Of a DNA stretch of 64,000 bases, positions 18,747 to 28,640 are shown piece by piece. The translations under genes were made by a program, and so were the position numbers. The notes below the pieces were generated by a model. That model was not told where the DNA came from. It was given only the letters and a program-made list of their open reading frames with translations, and made no database searches. The stretch lies in NCBI GenBank assembly GCA_022788065.1, contig JALEWG010000139.1:145-64144 (forward strand), given 5' to 3'. Source of the stretch: Lachnospiraceae bacterium (GTDB lineage: Bacteria > Bacillota > Clostridia > Lachnospirales > Lachnospiraceae). Numbering within the stretch: the stretch's first letter is position 1; each line of letters starts with the position of its first letter.

Positions 18747-21700
18747 CTATTTTGTCACTTTGGCTACACCGAGCATAACGTTCTCTCCGTTGATGTTCCA
18801 CTCCTTCGTATATCCCTGCATCTCGCCGAGTGTAATGCTGTCAGCCAGCACCTCCGCCTTAAGCTGATCCGCATATTTCTTGATGATCTCAGCGATCTTC
18901 TCATTTTTGTCGACATATACATAGATATGGTCCATAACCTCAAATCCTGCTTCTTTTCTCATGGTCTGGATCTTGCTGACCAGTTCTCTGTAGAAGCCCT
19001 CCTCCAGAAGCTCCGGAGTCAGATTGGTGTCGAGAACGACCGTAACGGTATTGTCACCCTCAGAAACAAATCCCTCTGTCTGCGCCATATCGATCAGAAG
19101 ATCATCTCTTGTGAGAACTACTTCGGTTCCGTCGAAGTTGAAGGTCAGAGCGCCTTTCTCATTCAGCGTATCCATTGCAGCGTTGCCATCCAGTTCAGTC
19201 AGGGCCTTTCTGATATTGCCGAGCTGCTTACCGTACTTCGGTCCCACAGTCTTTAACTGCGGCTTGAAAGTATAGGAAGTGAATGCGCGGACGTCATCGG
19301 TGAATTCCACTTTCTTGACGTTTAATTCATCCTCAATGATCTCCTGATAGAATTCCGGAAGAGTCTGCGGAGCCTTTACAAACATCTTTCCGATCGGCTG
19401 ACGGTTCTTGATGTTGGCTGTATTTCTCGCAGCACGGCCCATAACGACGATCTTTAATACCTCGTCCATCTTCTCTTCCAGTTCCTTGTCGATCTGATCC
19501 TCGTGTACCTCCGGATAATCGCACAGATGGATGCTCTCGGGAGCGTCCTTGTCGATGCTTCTCACCAGATTCTGATAGATCTCCTCTGTCATGAACGGGA
19601 TCATCGGAGCGGCTGCCTTCGCGATCGTGACGAGCGCAGTGTAAAGTGTCATGTACGCATTGATCTTATCCTGCTCCATGCCCTTTGCCCAGAAACGCTC
19701 GCGGCTTCTTCTTACATACCAGTTGGACATGTCATCCACGAAATCCTGAAGCGCTCTCGCAGCCTCCGGGATCCTGTAATTCTCCAGATCGTTATCCACT
19801 TCTTTTACGGTGGAATTTAACTTGGAGAGGAGCCATTTGTCCATAACGGTCAGCTTCTCATAGTCCAGCGTATATCTTGTAGCGTCGAAATTGTCAATGT
19901 TCGCGTACAGTACGAAGAACGCGTAGGTGTTCCAAAGGGTACCCATGAACTTTCTCTGACCTTCCATAACGGCCTTGCCATGGAAACGGTTCGGAAGCCA
20001 CGGAGCGCTGTTGATATAGAAATACCAGCGGATCGCGTCCGCGCCGTAGGTCTCGAGAGCCTCGAACGGATCAACGGCATTGCCCTTGGACTTGCTCATC
20101 TTCTGGCCGTTCTCATCCTGAACATGACCCAGAACGATAACATTCTCGTACGGCGGCTTGTTGAACAGAAGTGTGGATTCGGCAAGCAGAGAGTAGAACC
20201 AGCCTCTTGTCTGGTCCACGGCCTCGGAAATGAACTGTGCCGGGAACTGCTGTTCAAATAAGTCTTTATTCTCAAACGGATAATGGTGCTGTGCGAACGG
20301 CATGGCTCCGGAGTCGAACCAGCAGTCGATAACCTCCGGCACACGGTGCATCTGCTTTCCGCACTCCGGACAGGTGATCGTCACGTCGTCGATGAACGGA
20401 CGGTGGAGTTCAACCTCATTCTTGTCGCCATCCATCTCCTTGCTGTATTTCTTCACAACATCAGCGTAGTTGGGGCTCATGCTCTTTAATTCCTCGCGGC
20501 TTCCGATGCAGTGCATATGACCGCACTCACACTGCCATACGGGAAGCGGAGTTCCCCAGTAACGGTTTCTGGAAATTCCCCAATCCTGGATATTCTCCAG
20601 CCAGTCTCCGAAACGGCCCTTGCCGATGGACTCCGGAATCCAGTTGATCTGGTTGTTGTTGTTGATCAGATCCTGCTTAACAGCAGTCATCTTGATGAAC
20701 CAGGATTCACGCGCATAGTAGATGAGCGGAGTGTCGCATCTCCAGCAGTGCGGATAGCTGTGCTCAAATACAGGCGCCTCGAACAGAAGGCCTTTCTCGT
20801 TCAGATCCTTTAATACCATCGGATCCGCTTTCTTAACGAACACGCCTGCGTACGGTGTTTCAGCAGTCATGTTGCCCTTTGCATCAACCAGCTGTACGAA
20901 CGGCAGATCATATTTTCTTCCCACCTGGGCGTCGTCCTCACCGAATGCCGGAGCGATGTGTACCACGCCGGTACCGTCTGTCAGAGTAACGTAGTCCGCG
21001 CATGTCACATAGTATGCTTTCTTATTCTGTTTCTTACAGATCTCAACGGCACAGTCGAATAACGGCTCATATTCCTTGTACTCCAGATCCTTGCCTGTAT
21101 AAGTCTCCAGAATCTCATAAGCCGGAGCGCCGGTCTCCTTGTCGGCAAGCTTTCCGAGAACGGTATCCAGAAGAGCCTCTGCCATGTAATAAGTATAACC
21201 GTCAGCTGCCTTTACCTTTGCGTAGGTCTCTCTCGGGTTGACGCAGAGTGCGATGTTGCTGGGAAGTGTCCACGGGGTCGTGGTCCATGCCAGAATATAT
21301 GCATCCTCTCCCTTTGCCTTGAAGCGGACTACTGCGGAGCGCTCTTTCACGTCCTTATAGCCCTGTGCCACCTCATGGCTGGAGAGCGGGGTGCCGCAGC
21401 GCGGACAGTAGGGAACGATCTTGAAGCCCTTGTAGAGAAGTCCCTTATTCCAGATCTCCTTCAGTGCCCACCACTCGGACTCGATATAATCGTCATGGTA
21501 CGTAACATAGGGATTGTCCATATCAGCCCAGAAGCCGACGGTACTGGAGAAATCCTCCCACATTCCCTTATATTTCCATACACTCTCTTTGCAGTGCTCG
21601 ATGAACGGCTCCAGACCGTACTGCTCGATCTGCTCCTTGCCATCCAGTCCCAGCATCTTCTCAACTTCCAGCTCTACCGGAAGTCCGTGGGTATCCCAGC

Positions 21701-21950
21701 CGGCCTTACGCGGAACCATATAGCCCTTCATGGTGCGGTATCTCGGGATCATATCCTTGATTACGCGGGTCAGCACATGGCCGATATGGGGCTTTCCGTT
21801 GGCGGTTGGCGGACCGTCGTAGAACACGTACGGCGTTCCTTTTCTTCTGCTCTCAATGCTCTTTTCGAAGATCTTCTGGTCTTTCCAGAATTTCTCCACT
21901 TCTTTCTCTCTGCCTACAAAGTTCAGGTCAGTTGACACCTTCTGGTACAT
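18747..21950 (-). CDS. ileS: Isoleucine--tRNA ligase (type 2, long form)
   Basis: PPTANGKPHIGH (HIGH) and KMSKSKGN (KMSKS) motifs. ATG at 21950 (MYQKVSTDLNF) follows TTGGAGGA. The upstream extension of the listed ORF overlaps the leader. Confidence 0.95.
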   Translation of the reverse strand: MYQKVSTDLNFVGREKEVEKFWKDQKIFEKSIESRRKGTPYVFYDGPPTANGKPHIGHVLTRVIKDMIPRYRTMKGYMVPRKAGWDTHGLPVELEVEKMLGLDGKEQIEQYGLEPFIEHCKESVWKYKGMWEDFSSTVGFWADMDNPYVTYHDDYIESEWWALKEIWNKGLLYKGFKIVPYCPRCGTPLSSHEVAQGYKDVKERSAVVRFKAKGEDAYILAWTTTPWTLPSNIALCVNPRETYAKVKAADGYTYYMAEALLDTVLGKLADKETGAPAYEILETYTGKDLEYKEYEPLFDCAVEICKKQNKKAYYVTCADYVTLTDGTGVVHIAPAFGEDDAQVGRKYDLPFVQLVDAKGNMTAETPYAGVFVKKADPMVLKDLNEKGLLFEAPVFEHSYPHCWRCDTPLIYYARESWFIKMTAVKQDLINNNNQINWIPESIGKGRFGDWLENIQDWGISRNRYWGTPLPVWQCECGHMHCIGSREELKSMSPNYADVVKKYSKEMDGDKNEVELHRPFIDDVTITCPECGKQMHRVPEVIDCWFDSGAMPFAQHHYPFENKDLFEQQFPAQFISEAVDQTRGWFYSLLAESTLLFNKPPYENVIVLGHVQDENGQKMSKSKGNAVDPFEALETYGADAIRWYFYINSAPWLPNRFHGKAVMEGQRKFMGTLWNTYAFFVLYANIDNFDATRYTLDYEKLTVMDKWLLSKLNSTVKEVDNDLENYRIPEAARALQDFVDDMSNWYVRRSRERFWAKGMEQDKINAYMTLYTALVTIAKAAAPMIPFMTEEIYQNLVRSIDKDAPESIHLCDYPEVHEDQIDKELEEKMDEVLKIVVMGRAARNTANIKNRQPIGKMFVKAPQTLPEFYQEIIEDELNVKKVEFTDDVRAFTSYTFKPQLKTVGPKYGKQLGNIRKALTELDGNAAMDTLNEKGALTFNFDGTEVVLTRDDLLIDMAQTEGFVSEGDNTVTVVLDTNLTPELLEEGFYRELVSKIQTMRKEAGFEVMDHIYVYVDKNEKIAEIIKKYADQLKAEVLADSITLGEMQGYTKEWNINGENVMLGVAKVTK

Positions 21951-22111
21951 GACACATTTCCTCCAATCTTGTTTCGTGCGCTGCTTTCTCTTCACAGCTC
22001 CTGTCAATCTCCGCGGGAATTCCTCCCCGCCCTGCCTGTGTCGTATGCTGTATCGGGCCGGAGGGCCCTTCTTCTGCTCCATTTAAGAAATTGTAAATAT
22101 TCTCTAATAAA

Positions 22112-22366
22112 GCAAAAAAGTCCTGCTCTGTCGAACAGGACGAATTATAAACTCGTTTACCACCTATAACTGCATACCGACATATGAGTTCCCTCTAACG
22201 GCGGAAAACCGGAACCACCTACTCGGCAAAGAAGCTCTGCCTTTCAGTATTCGGCTCAGGAGTGATCTTCCTTTCGCATCCGGCGCCGGTCTCTCATCCA
22301 ATCCGGCTCGCTGTACCCATTCCTGCGAAGCTACTGTCTCCGTCACAGCTTTTTTCAATATTAGGC
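22112..22366 (-). promoter_or_regulatory. T-box riboswitch leader of ileS (candidate specifier AUC) with terminator
   Basis: Minus strand carries the T-box core AGGTGGTAAACGAG (22152-22164). The terminator GTCCTG...CAGGAC + TTTTTT is at 22141-22112. Stem I elements are GGAG..AGTA...GAAG-AUC-A-CTCC, with AUC at 22266-22264. Confidence 0.8.
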
Positions 22367-22372
22367 GATATT

Positions 22373-22401
22373 ATTATAATGACTGCATAATGAAAAGTCA
22401 A
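22373..22401 (-). promoter_or_regulatory. Promoter TTGACT-17-TATAAT driving the ileS T-box leader
   Basis: -35 at 22401-22396, -10 at 22378-22373, 17-nt spacer, read on the minus strand. Confidence 0.7.
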
Positions 22402-22532
22402 GGATTTTGCACATTGTTAAACAAATAACGCTTTATTTGCCTTTTTGAGGGGTTATGATATAATACTATCTAAAAAAAGGATTCCGGGTTTCCGCTCCAG
22501 TCCCGGAAACGATCACATAAGGAGAACGGATT

Positions 22533-23990
22533 ATGAGTACACGTAACCTGACACTGCTCACGGATCTCTATGAGCTGACCATGATGCAGGGCTACTTTTT
22601 TGCCAAAGACGCCAATGAAACGGTTATCTTTGACGCTTTCTACCGGTCGAACCCCGACGGCAACGGATATGCCGTCGCTGCCGGTCTGGAACAGGTCATA
22701 GAATACATCAAAGACCTGCACTTTGACAGCGAGGATATTGAATATCTCCGCTCCACCGGTATTTTCAGGGAAGAATTTCTGGACTATCTCGCCACCTTCA
22801 AATTCACCGGCGATATCTACGCGATCCCGGAGGGAACCGTGGTATTCCCGAGGGAGCCTCTTGTGAAGGTCATCGCCCCGATCATGCAGGCCCAGCTGAT
22901 TGAGACCGCGCTGTTAAACATTATTAACCACCAGAGCCTGATCGCCACCAAGGCTTCCCGGATCGTTCATGCGGCCCGAGGAGACGGCGTTATGGAATTC
23001 GGCCTGCGCCGCGCCCAGGGACCTGACGCCGGAATCTACGGAGCGAGAGCAGCCATGATCGCCGGCTGTATCGGAACCTCCAACGTGCTCTGCGGCCAGA
23101 TGTTCGATGTGCCCGTAAAGGGAACCCACGCGCACAGCTGGATCATGAGCTTCCCGGACGAGCTGACGGCATTCCGCACTTACGCGAAGCTGTACCCATC
23201 GGCCTGCATCCTTTTAGTGGACACATATGATACATTAAAATCCGGTATCCCGCATGCGATCCAGGTATTCCAGGAGATGCGCGACGCGGGAATTCCGTTA
23301 ACCTTTTACGGAATCCGCATGGACAGCGGCGATCTGGCATATCTCTCCAAGAAAGCGAAGAAAATGTTAGATGAGGCAGGCTTCTCCGACGCTGTGATCT
23401 CCGCCTCCAACGATCTGGACGAGAATCTGATCACCAGCCTGAAAAACCAGGGCGCAACCATCATCTCATGGGGCGTCGGCACCAACCTGATCACCTCCAA
23501 GGTCTGCCCGTCCTTCGGCGGCGTATACAAGCTGGCTGCGATTCTGGATAAGAATACCGGCAAATTCATTCCGAAGATCAAACTCTCCGAAAACGCGGAG
23601 AAGATCACAAACCCGGGCAACAAGACCATTTACCGGATCTACGGCAAGGACAGCCACAAGGTGATCGCAGATCTGATCTGCCTCGTGGGCGAAACCTACG
23701 ACGAAAACAAGTCCCTGCTGCTCTTTGACCCCATTTCCACATGGAAGAAGACGCTGTTAGCTCCCGGAACCTACACCATGCGCGAGCTGCTGGTGCCTGT
23801 CTTCAAGGATGGTGTCTGCGTCTACAAGTCTCCGAAGGTAATGGAGATCCGGGAATACTGCCGTCAGGAAAAGGATACACTCTGGGATGAGACGAAGCGT
23901 CTTATGAACCCGCACGAGGTACATGTAGATCTCTCTAACGAGCTGTGGCACATGAAAAATCAGCTTCTGGAGGCCTATCATTTTGAATAA
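22533..23990 (+). CDS. pncB: Nicotinate phosphoribosyltransferase
   Basis: LLTDLYELTMMQGYF N-terminus and GTHAHSW motif typical of NAPRTase. RBS AAGGAGA. Confidence 0.9.
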   Translation: MSTRNLTLLTDLYELTMMQGYFFAKDANETVIFDAFYRSNPDGNGYAVAAGLEQVIEYIKDLHFDSEDIEYLRSTGIFREEFLDYLATFKFTGDIYAIPEGTVVFPREPLVKVIAPIMQAQLIETALLNIINHQSLIATKASRIVHAARGDGVMEFGLRRAQGPDAGIYGARAAMIAGCIGTSNVLCGQMFDVPVKGTHAHSWIMSFPDELTAFRTYAKLYPSACILLVDTYDTLKSGIPHAIQVFQEMRDAGIPLTFYGIRMDSGDLAYLSKKAKKMLDEAGFSDAVISASNDLDENLITSLKNQGATIISWGVGTNLITSKVCPSFGGVYKLAAILDKNTGKFIPKIKLSENAEKITNPGNKTIYRIYGKDSHKVIADLICLVGETYDENKSLLLFDPISTWKKTLLAPGTYTMRELLVPVFKDGVCVYKSPKVMEIREYCRQEKDTLWDETKRLMNPHEVHVDLSNELWHMKNQLLEAYHFE

Positions 23991-24056
23991 ACCGCGGGAC
24001 TGCTCTGCTTAACTGCAAGACCTGCCCTGCACATAAAACAAGTGAGGTGACACAAC

Positions 24057-24635
24057 ATGAGCGCTACTGATATTGCAAAATCTGTCGACGTGAATCTGGA
24101 CGAAATTGCCGCCCAGGCCGCGGAGATCACGGAAGAACTGATTGAGACTGCAAAGATGAAGGAAGGACAGATCCTTGTCGTGGGCTGCTCCTCCAGTGAG
24201 ATTGCCGCCCACACCATCGGCTGCTATTCCAGTAAAGAGGTCGGACAGGCTGTATTTGACGCGATCTACAAGGTTGCAAGGAAGCATGGTCTGTTTCTGG
24301 CTGCCCAGTGCTGCGAGCATTTAAACCGCGCGCTGATCGTGGAAGAGGAAGCCGCGCTCCGTTACAATCTTGAAATGGTAAATGTAAAGCCGCAGTTAAA
24401 GGCCGGCGGTTCCTTCTCCACAGCCGCATGGAACGGCTTTACCGCTCCCTGCGCCGTGGAATCCATAAAGGCCCACGCCGGAATTGACATCGGCGACACG
24501 CTGATCGGCATGCATCTTCGCCCTGTGGCTGTCCCCGTGCGCACAAAGAGGAACGCCATCGGCTCCGCCCATGTGGTCTGCGCAAGGACAAGGCTGAAAT
24601 ACATCGGCGGCGAGCGTGCCGCTTATCAGAAATAG
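24057..24635 (+). CDS. TIGR01440 / UPF0340 (DUF436) family protein
   Basis: GQILVVGCSSSEI ... AAQCCEHLNRAL ... GDTLIGMHL pattern recalled for this family. Confidence 0.7.
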   Translation: MSATDIAKSVDVNLDEIAAQAAEITEELIETAKMKEGQILVVGCSSSEIAAHTIGCYSSKEVGQAVFDAIYKVARKHGLFLAAQCCEHLNRALIVEEEAALRYNLEMVNVKPQLKAGGSFSTAAWNGFTAPCAVESIKAHAGIDIGDTLIGMHLRPVAVPVRTKRNAIGSAHVVCARTRLKYIGGERAAYQK

Positions 24636-24655
24636 GACATAACTTGTCTTTTTAG

Positions 24656-24697
24656 AAAAAGGTCCGTAATTTGCTTTCCAGTATTACGGACCTTTTT
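24656..24697. terminator. Bidirectional intrinsic terminator between convergent genes
   Basis: AAAAA-GGTCCGTAAT (24661-70) ... ATTACGGACC (24683-92)-TTTTT. Confidence 0.7.
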
Positions 24698-24698
24698 C

Positions 24699-25766
24699 TT
24701 ATTCTGCCCATTTCGCAGCCTTCGTCTTTCCGCTCTCTCTGCTGTCCAGCATCTTCATGATGAAATCAACGGTTCCGTCGATTCCGTAGCTTGCTGTGTT
24801 CAGGCAGAGGTCATAATTGTTGGCGTTGCCCCACTGTCTTCCCGTATAGAAATTGTAATACCGGGCATGCTGGCGGTCCAGACGCCACAGGAGACGGCGG
24901 GCTTTCTTCTCGTCAAGCCCCTCATTTACTTCGATCGCATGGTGTACGCGCTGCTCAAAGGGGGCTGAAATATAAATACTGATGTGCGGGATCCCGTTGT
25001 TGGTCATGATGGCGTCCCCGCACCGTCCCATAATGATAAAGTCCTCTTTCTTCGCCATATCGCAGAGCAGGTCACTCTGGTTGAAGAACACGGCGTCCCT
25101 CTTAGAGAGGCCGTGATACCGGCTGAACGCGCGGATCTTCTCCCGCACAGTCAGCTTCTTCGCGGGAAGAAACGCGCTGGCCGGGCTCTGGTCCAGACGA
25201 TCCTGAACATGGGAATAGCCTGCCGCGTCATAGAGGGAATCCTTCTCCGCATCCAGACGCTTTAACACCGCCTCAAAGATTTTTTCATCATAATAGTTGA
25301 TTTTAAGCTTGTCGGCCAGCTTGAAGCCCACTTCCTTGCCGCCGCTGCAGTAGGTCCAGCTGATGCAGATGATCAGATGATCCTTTCCTGAAAAGCGGTT
25401 CTTCAGATTCAGGGCGTTGAGTCTTGCCATCTTCGGGTCAATGACGTCGCCGCTTGCAAAGCTCGTGGGGAGGCTCATGACCGCGTTCAGAATCCGGTTA
25501 TACTCTCTCATGCAGAGGGCCCGCTCTTCTTTATCCTCGATGGTCCTCGCCATATTTGCAATCAGAACCAGCTCACTGCGGACCAGATTTCCGTCCGACC
25601 TGGTCATGAGAAGCTCTGTCAGTTCATTGACACAGCGCTCCCGGTCCCGGTTGAACACCCGTCCCAGAGAAGAGCCCAGATGGCAGTACACTTCCGCATC
25701 CAGATCATAAATATGCTCCGCAAGTTCCTTGATATCCTCTTTTGTAACCGGTTTATTATTCAGCAT
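24699..25766 (-). CDS. Cytidylate-kinase-like (AAA/P-loop kinase-like) family protein with ~135-aa N-terminal extension
   Basis: The C-terminal two thirds resemble the Cytidylate_kin2 family (ICISWTYCSGGKEVGFKLADKLKINYYD). I could not assign the N-terminal domain. Confidence 0.6.
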   Translation of the reverse strand: MLNNKPVTKEDIKELAEHIYDLDAEVYCHLGSSLGRVFNRDRERCVNELTELLMTRSDGNLVRSELVLIANMARTIEDKEERALCMREYNRILNAVMSLPTSFASGDVIDPKMARLNALNLKNRFSGKDHLIICISWTYCSGGKEVGFKLADKLKINYYDEKIFEAVLKRLDAEKDSLYDAAGYSHVQDRLDQSPASAFLPAKKLTVREKIRAFSRYHGLSKRDAVFFNQSDLLCDMAKKEDFIIMGRCGDAIMTNNGIPHISIYISAPFEQRVHHAIEVNEGLDEKKARRLLWRLDRQHARYYNFYTGRQWGNANNYDLCLNTASYGIDGTVDFIMKMLDSRESGKTKAAKWAE

Positions 25767-25781
25767 AGTTTCCCCTCCTCT

Positions 25782-27143
25782 CTACCGAAAGAACACCAGC
25801 GTGTCCAGAAGGAACACCGGAATCAGGATCCCGAAAGACCACATAAGATATCCGAAAAAAGATGGCATCCGGATACCGTTCTCATCCGCAATGGATTTCA
25901 CCATAAAATTCGGAGCATTTCCGATATACGTATTGGCGCCCATGAACACGGCTCCGACGGAGATCGCCTCCAGCATCTTCACGGGAACCGTGCCGAGTGC
26001 CGTTGCGATTCCCTCTCCCAGTCCCAGTGCTCCCGCCGTGGTCAGGAATACCAGATAGGTCGGCGTGTTGTCGAGGAAACTGGAGAGCATGCCGGTAGTC
26101 CAGAACATCTGGAACGGCTTCGTGATCCCGAGTTCGCCTCCGTATGTCTTTAACAGCATGAGTGCCGGCTGCATCGTGATGAAAATGCCGACGAACAAAA
26201 TCGCAACCTCCCGGATCGCACCCCAGGTGAAGTGGTTCTCGCGACGGATCGATCCATCGGTCGTCTTAAAGGAAAGGAACGCAGAAATGAGAATCATCAC
26301 GATCTCAATGAGCGCCGGATATCCCAGTGTCACTTCTCCGAAAATATGAATTCCCTTCACATTTCCGGCCGCATCCTGAAATGCGGGCATTCCCGGAAGT
26401 GTTCCGCTTAAAATAACGGCAGCCACGATCACGGCAATAAAGAGCAGGTTATGCAGTCCGCGGATCTTTACCTCCGTACCGGGTTTGCTGATATCCGGTT
26501 TCATGCCGGTAGCGATATCCAGACGGTACGCGCGCATGTCGATCTTATAAAAGACAAACAACAGGACCGCCATATTGAGCGCCATCATCGGCAGCAGCTT
26601 CAGGCTCCAGAAAAACGGTACGCCCCGCATAAATCCCATGAGAAGAGGCGGATCTCCGATGGGAGTCAGGCATCCGCCCAGGTTGGATACCATAAAGATA
26701 AAGAAAATAATAATATGGCGGCGGCGTTTTCTCCACGCGTTCATTTTGATCACCGGACGGATCATCAGCATACTGGCTCCGGTGGTTCCGATCCAGCTGG
26801 AAAGCAGTGTTCCCAGAGCTAAAAGACCCACATTGATCCTCGGCGAACCTGCCAGGTCCCCGGACATCGTAATATTGCCGCAGACACAAAATAATCCGAA
26901 CAGCAGTACAATAAAGGTCAGGTAGTCATTGACCATGCATTCCAACACAGTCTCCGCTGCCGCTCCCGCACCGTACAGTACGGCAAAGGGAATCACAAAA
27001 AGAAGCGACCAGACAATTACAGCGTGGGGCTGGTGCTCCTCCCACCATGCCGCCCGGACAAGCGGCAGAATTGCAATACATAAAAGCAGCCCTGCAAACG
27101 GAATGCAGAGCCACCATGGAACAACGGTAATTAACTCTTCCAC
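25782..27143 (-). CDS. ArsB/NhaD-superfamily ion transporter (sodium:proton antiporter-like)
   Basis: 453 aa polytopic protein with GGCLTPIGDPPLL motif. Promoter TTGTAA-17-TATAAT at 27233-27205. Confidence 0.65.
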   Translation of the reverse strand: MEELITVVPWWLCIPFAGLLLCIAILPLVRAAWWEEHQPHAVIVWSLLFVIPFAVLYGAGAAAETVLECMVNDYLTFIVLLFGLFCVCGNITMSGDLAGSPRINVGLLALGTLLSSWIGTTGASMLMIRPVIKMNAWRKRRRHIIIFFIFMVSNLGGCLTPIGDPPLLMGFMRGVPFFWSLKLLPMMALNMAVLLFVFYKIDMRAYRLDIATGMKPDISKPGTEVKIRGLHNLLFIAVIVAAVILSGTLPGMPAFQDAAGNVKGIHIFGEVTLGYPALIEIVMILISAFLSFKTTDGSIRRENHFTWGAIREVAILFVGIFITMQPALMLLKTYGGELGITKPFQMFWTTGMLSSFLDNTPTYLVFLTTAGALGLGEGIATALGTVPVKMLEAISVGAVFMGANTYIGNAPNFMVKSIADENGIRMPSFFGYLMWSFGILIPVFLLDTLVFFR

Positions 27144-27312
27144 GATTTGCCTCCTGAAAATGTATCATTTTTAACAAAGTTTATTTTTCCAATTCCAGGC
27201 CCACATTATAGCAACTTTCGCATTGTTTTACAATGGCATAACCGCCGAAGAAATTAAGAAAAACAGGTTCTCTGTTGGCATTTCTGACCACACGGAGGAG
27301 ATTTTCGGAAGT

Positions 27313-28506
27313 TTATTCCGTTATTTTTTTCGATGCTTCAAATGCCTGATCCAGATCGGCAATAAGAGAATCCACATTTTCCAGACCGATATGGATCCGG
27401 ATCAGATTGGCCGGAACGTCAAACGGTGCGGCCTCCTCATCGGTCATCCCGACGGTCGGCATCACGATCAGACTCTCAAATCCGCCCCAGCTTACGCCGA
27501 ACTGGAACAGTTTGAGGGAATATACAAATTCCCGTGCCTGTGCCGCGGTTCCCTTGTAGACAAAACTGATCAGACCGTTGGTTCCGCTCAGATACCGGTC
27601 AGCCAGCTCCTTCTGCGGATAGCTGTCCAGTCCCGGGTAGAATACCCGATCCACACAGGGATGCGTTTCCAGCCATTTTGCCACCTTCAGGCCGCTTTCC
27701 CCGTGAGCGCGGAGGCGGACCGGAAGAGAGCGCAGTCCGCGGATCAGAAGCCATGCCTGATGCGGATCCATGCAGGCGCCGTAAAGCTCCCGCTCATTTT
27801 TGCAGATCTGTTCGATCATCTCTGCGGAACCGGCGACAACACCGGCGACAATGTCACTGTGGCCGCCCATGTATTTGGAAGCCGTGTGGCACACCAGATC
27901 AATGCCGTAGCTGATCGGATTCTGGTGCAGCGGAGTTGCATAGGAATTATCGATCACAGTTCCGATTCCGTGCTCCTTCGCAATGTCCGCGATCGCCTTC
28001 AGATCCTGCATGTACAGCACAAGGCTGGACGGGCTTTCCAGATAGATCAGCGTAGTTTCCGGACGGATCGCTTTTCTGAAATCCTCCGGATCACTTCCGT
28101 GGACGAACGTGCAGGTCACTCCGAACTTGTCCGCCAGATACTCTGACAGAAATGTGCGGGTCGGTCCGTAGATCGTGTGCGGTGCGATCACGTGGCAGTC
28201 CTTTTTAATGAAATGCATGATGGCCGCCGAGATGGCTCCCATGCCGGATGAAAAGCAGGCGGCTGCCTCCGCGCCCTCCAGTGCGGCGATCTTTCGCTCC
28301 GCGATATCAATGGTAGGATTGGATACGCGCGTATAAACAAACCCGGTATCCGGAATCCCGTTTTTCGGAGTCGGCTTCACGAACAGAGAATTCTGAAAGA
28401 TCGGAGGAACGATCGCACCCATAAATTTTGCGTACTCATCGCCGAGATGGGTGCAGATATCCTCTTTGGTGCGGAATTTTTCATCCTGCGGTTTTAATTC
28501 TGACAT
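27313..28506 (-). CDS. Cys/Met-metabolism PLP-dependent enzyme (methionine gamma-lyase / cystathionine gamma-synthase family)
   Basis: NPT...SGMGAI...HTASKYMGGHSD (PLP lysine motif). ATG at 28506 (MSELK) follows AAAGAGAGGA. Confidence 0.85.
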   Translation of the reverse strand: MSELKPQDEKFRTKEDICTHLGDEYAKFMGAIVPPIFQNSLFVKPTPKNGIPDTGFVYTRVSNPTIDIAERKIAALEGAEAAACFSSGMGAISAAIMHFIKKDCHVIAPHTIYGPTRTFLSEYLADKFGVTCTFVHGSDPEDFRKAIRPETTLIYLESPSSLVLYMQDLKAIADIAKEHGIGTVIDNSYATPLHQNPISYGIDLVCHTASKYMGGHSDIVAGVVAGSAEMIEQICKNERELYGACMDPHQAWLLIRGLRSLPVRLRAHGESGLKVAKWLETHPCVDRVFYPGLDSYPQKELADRYLSGTNGLISFVYKGTAAQAREFVYSLKLFQFGVSWGGFESLIVMPTVGMTDEEAAPFDVPANLIRIHIGLENVDSLIADLDQAFEASKKITE

Positions 28507-28611
28507 TTTTAATATCCTCTCTTTCTGCATTTATATCATACGTTTTTTATGCATTTCCCAGGACATTCCGGGACGTTTTTCTTCGATTTCGTTCGCATTG
28601 TTCCGATTCTC

Positions 28612-28640
28612 ATTGTACAAAAAACTGCGCTCTCTGTCAA
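28612..28640 (-). promoter_or_regulatory. Promoter TTGACA-17-TACAAT for the PLP-enzyme gene
   Basis: -35 at 28640-28635, -10 at 28617-28612 on the minus strand. Confidence 0.6.

Noticed and set aside
22470-22532. Hairpin TTCCGGG...CCCGGAA in the pncB leader as a possible NiaR operator or riboswitch
   Set aside because: It is only a 7-bp stem. It does not resemble the NiaR box as far as I can recall it, and the leader is too short for a known riboswitch class.
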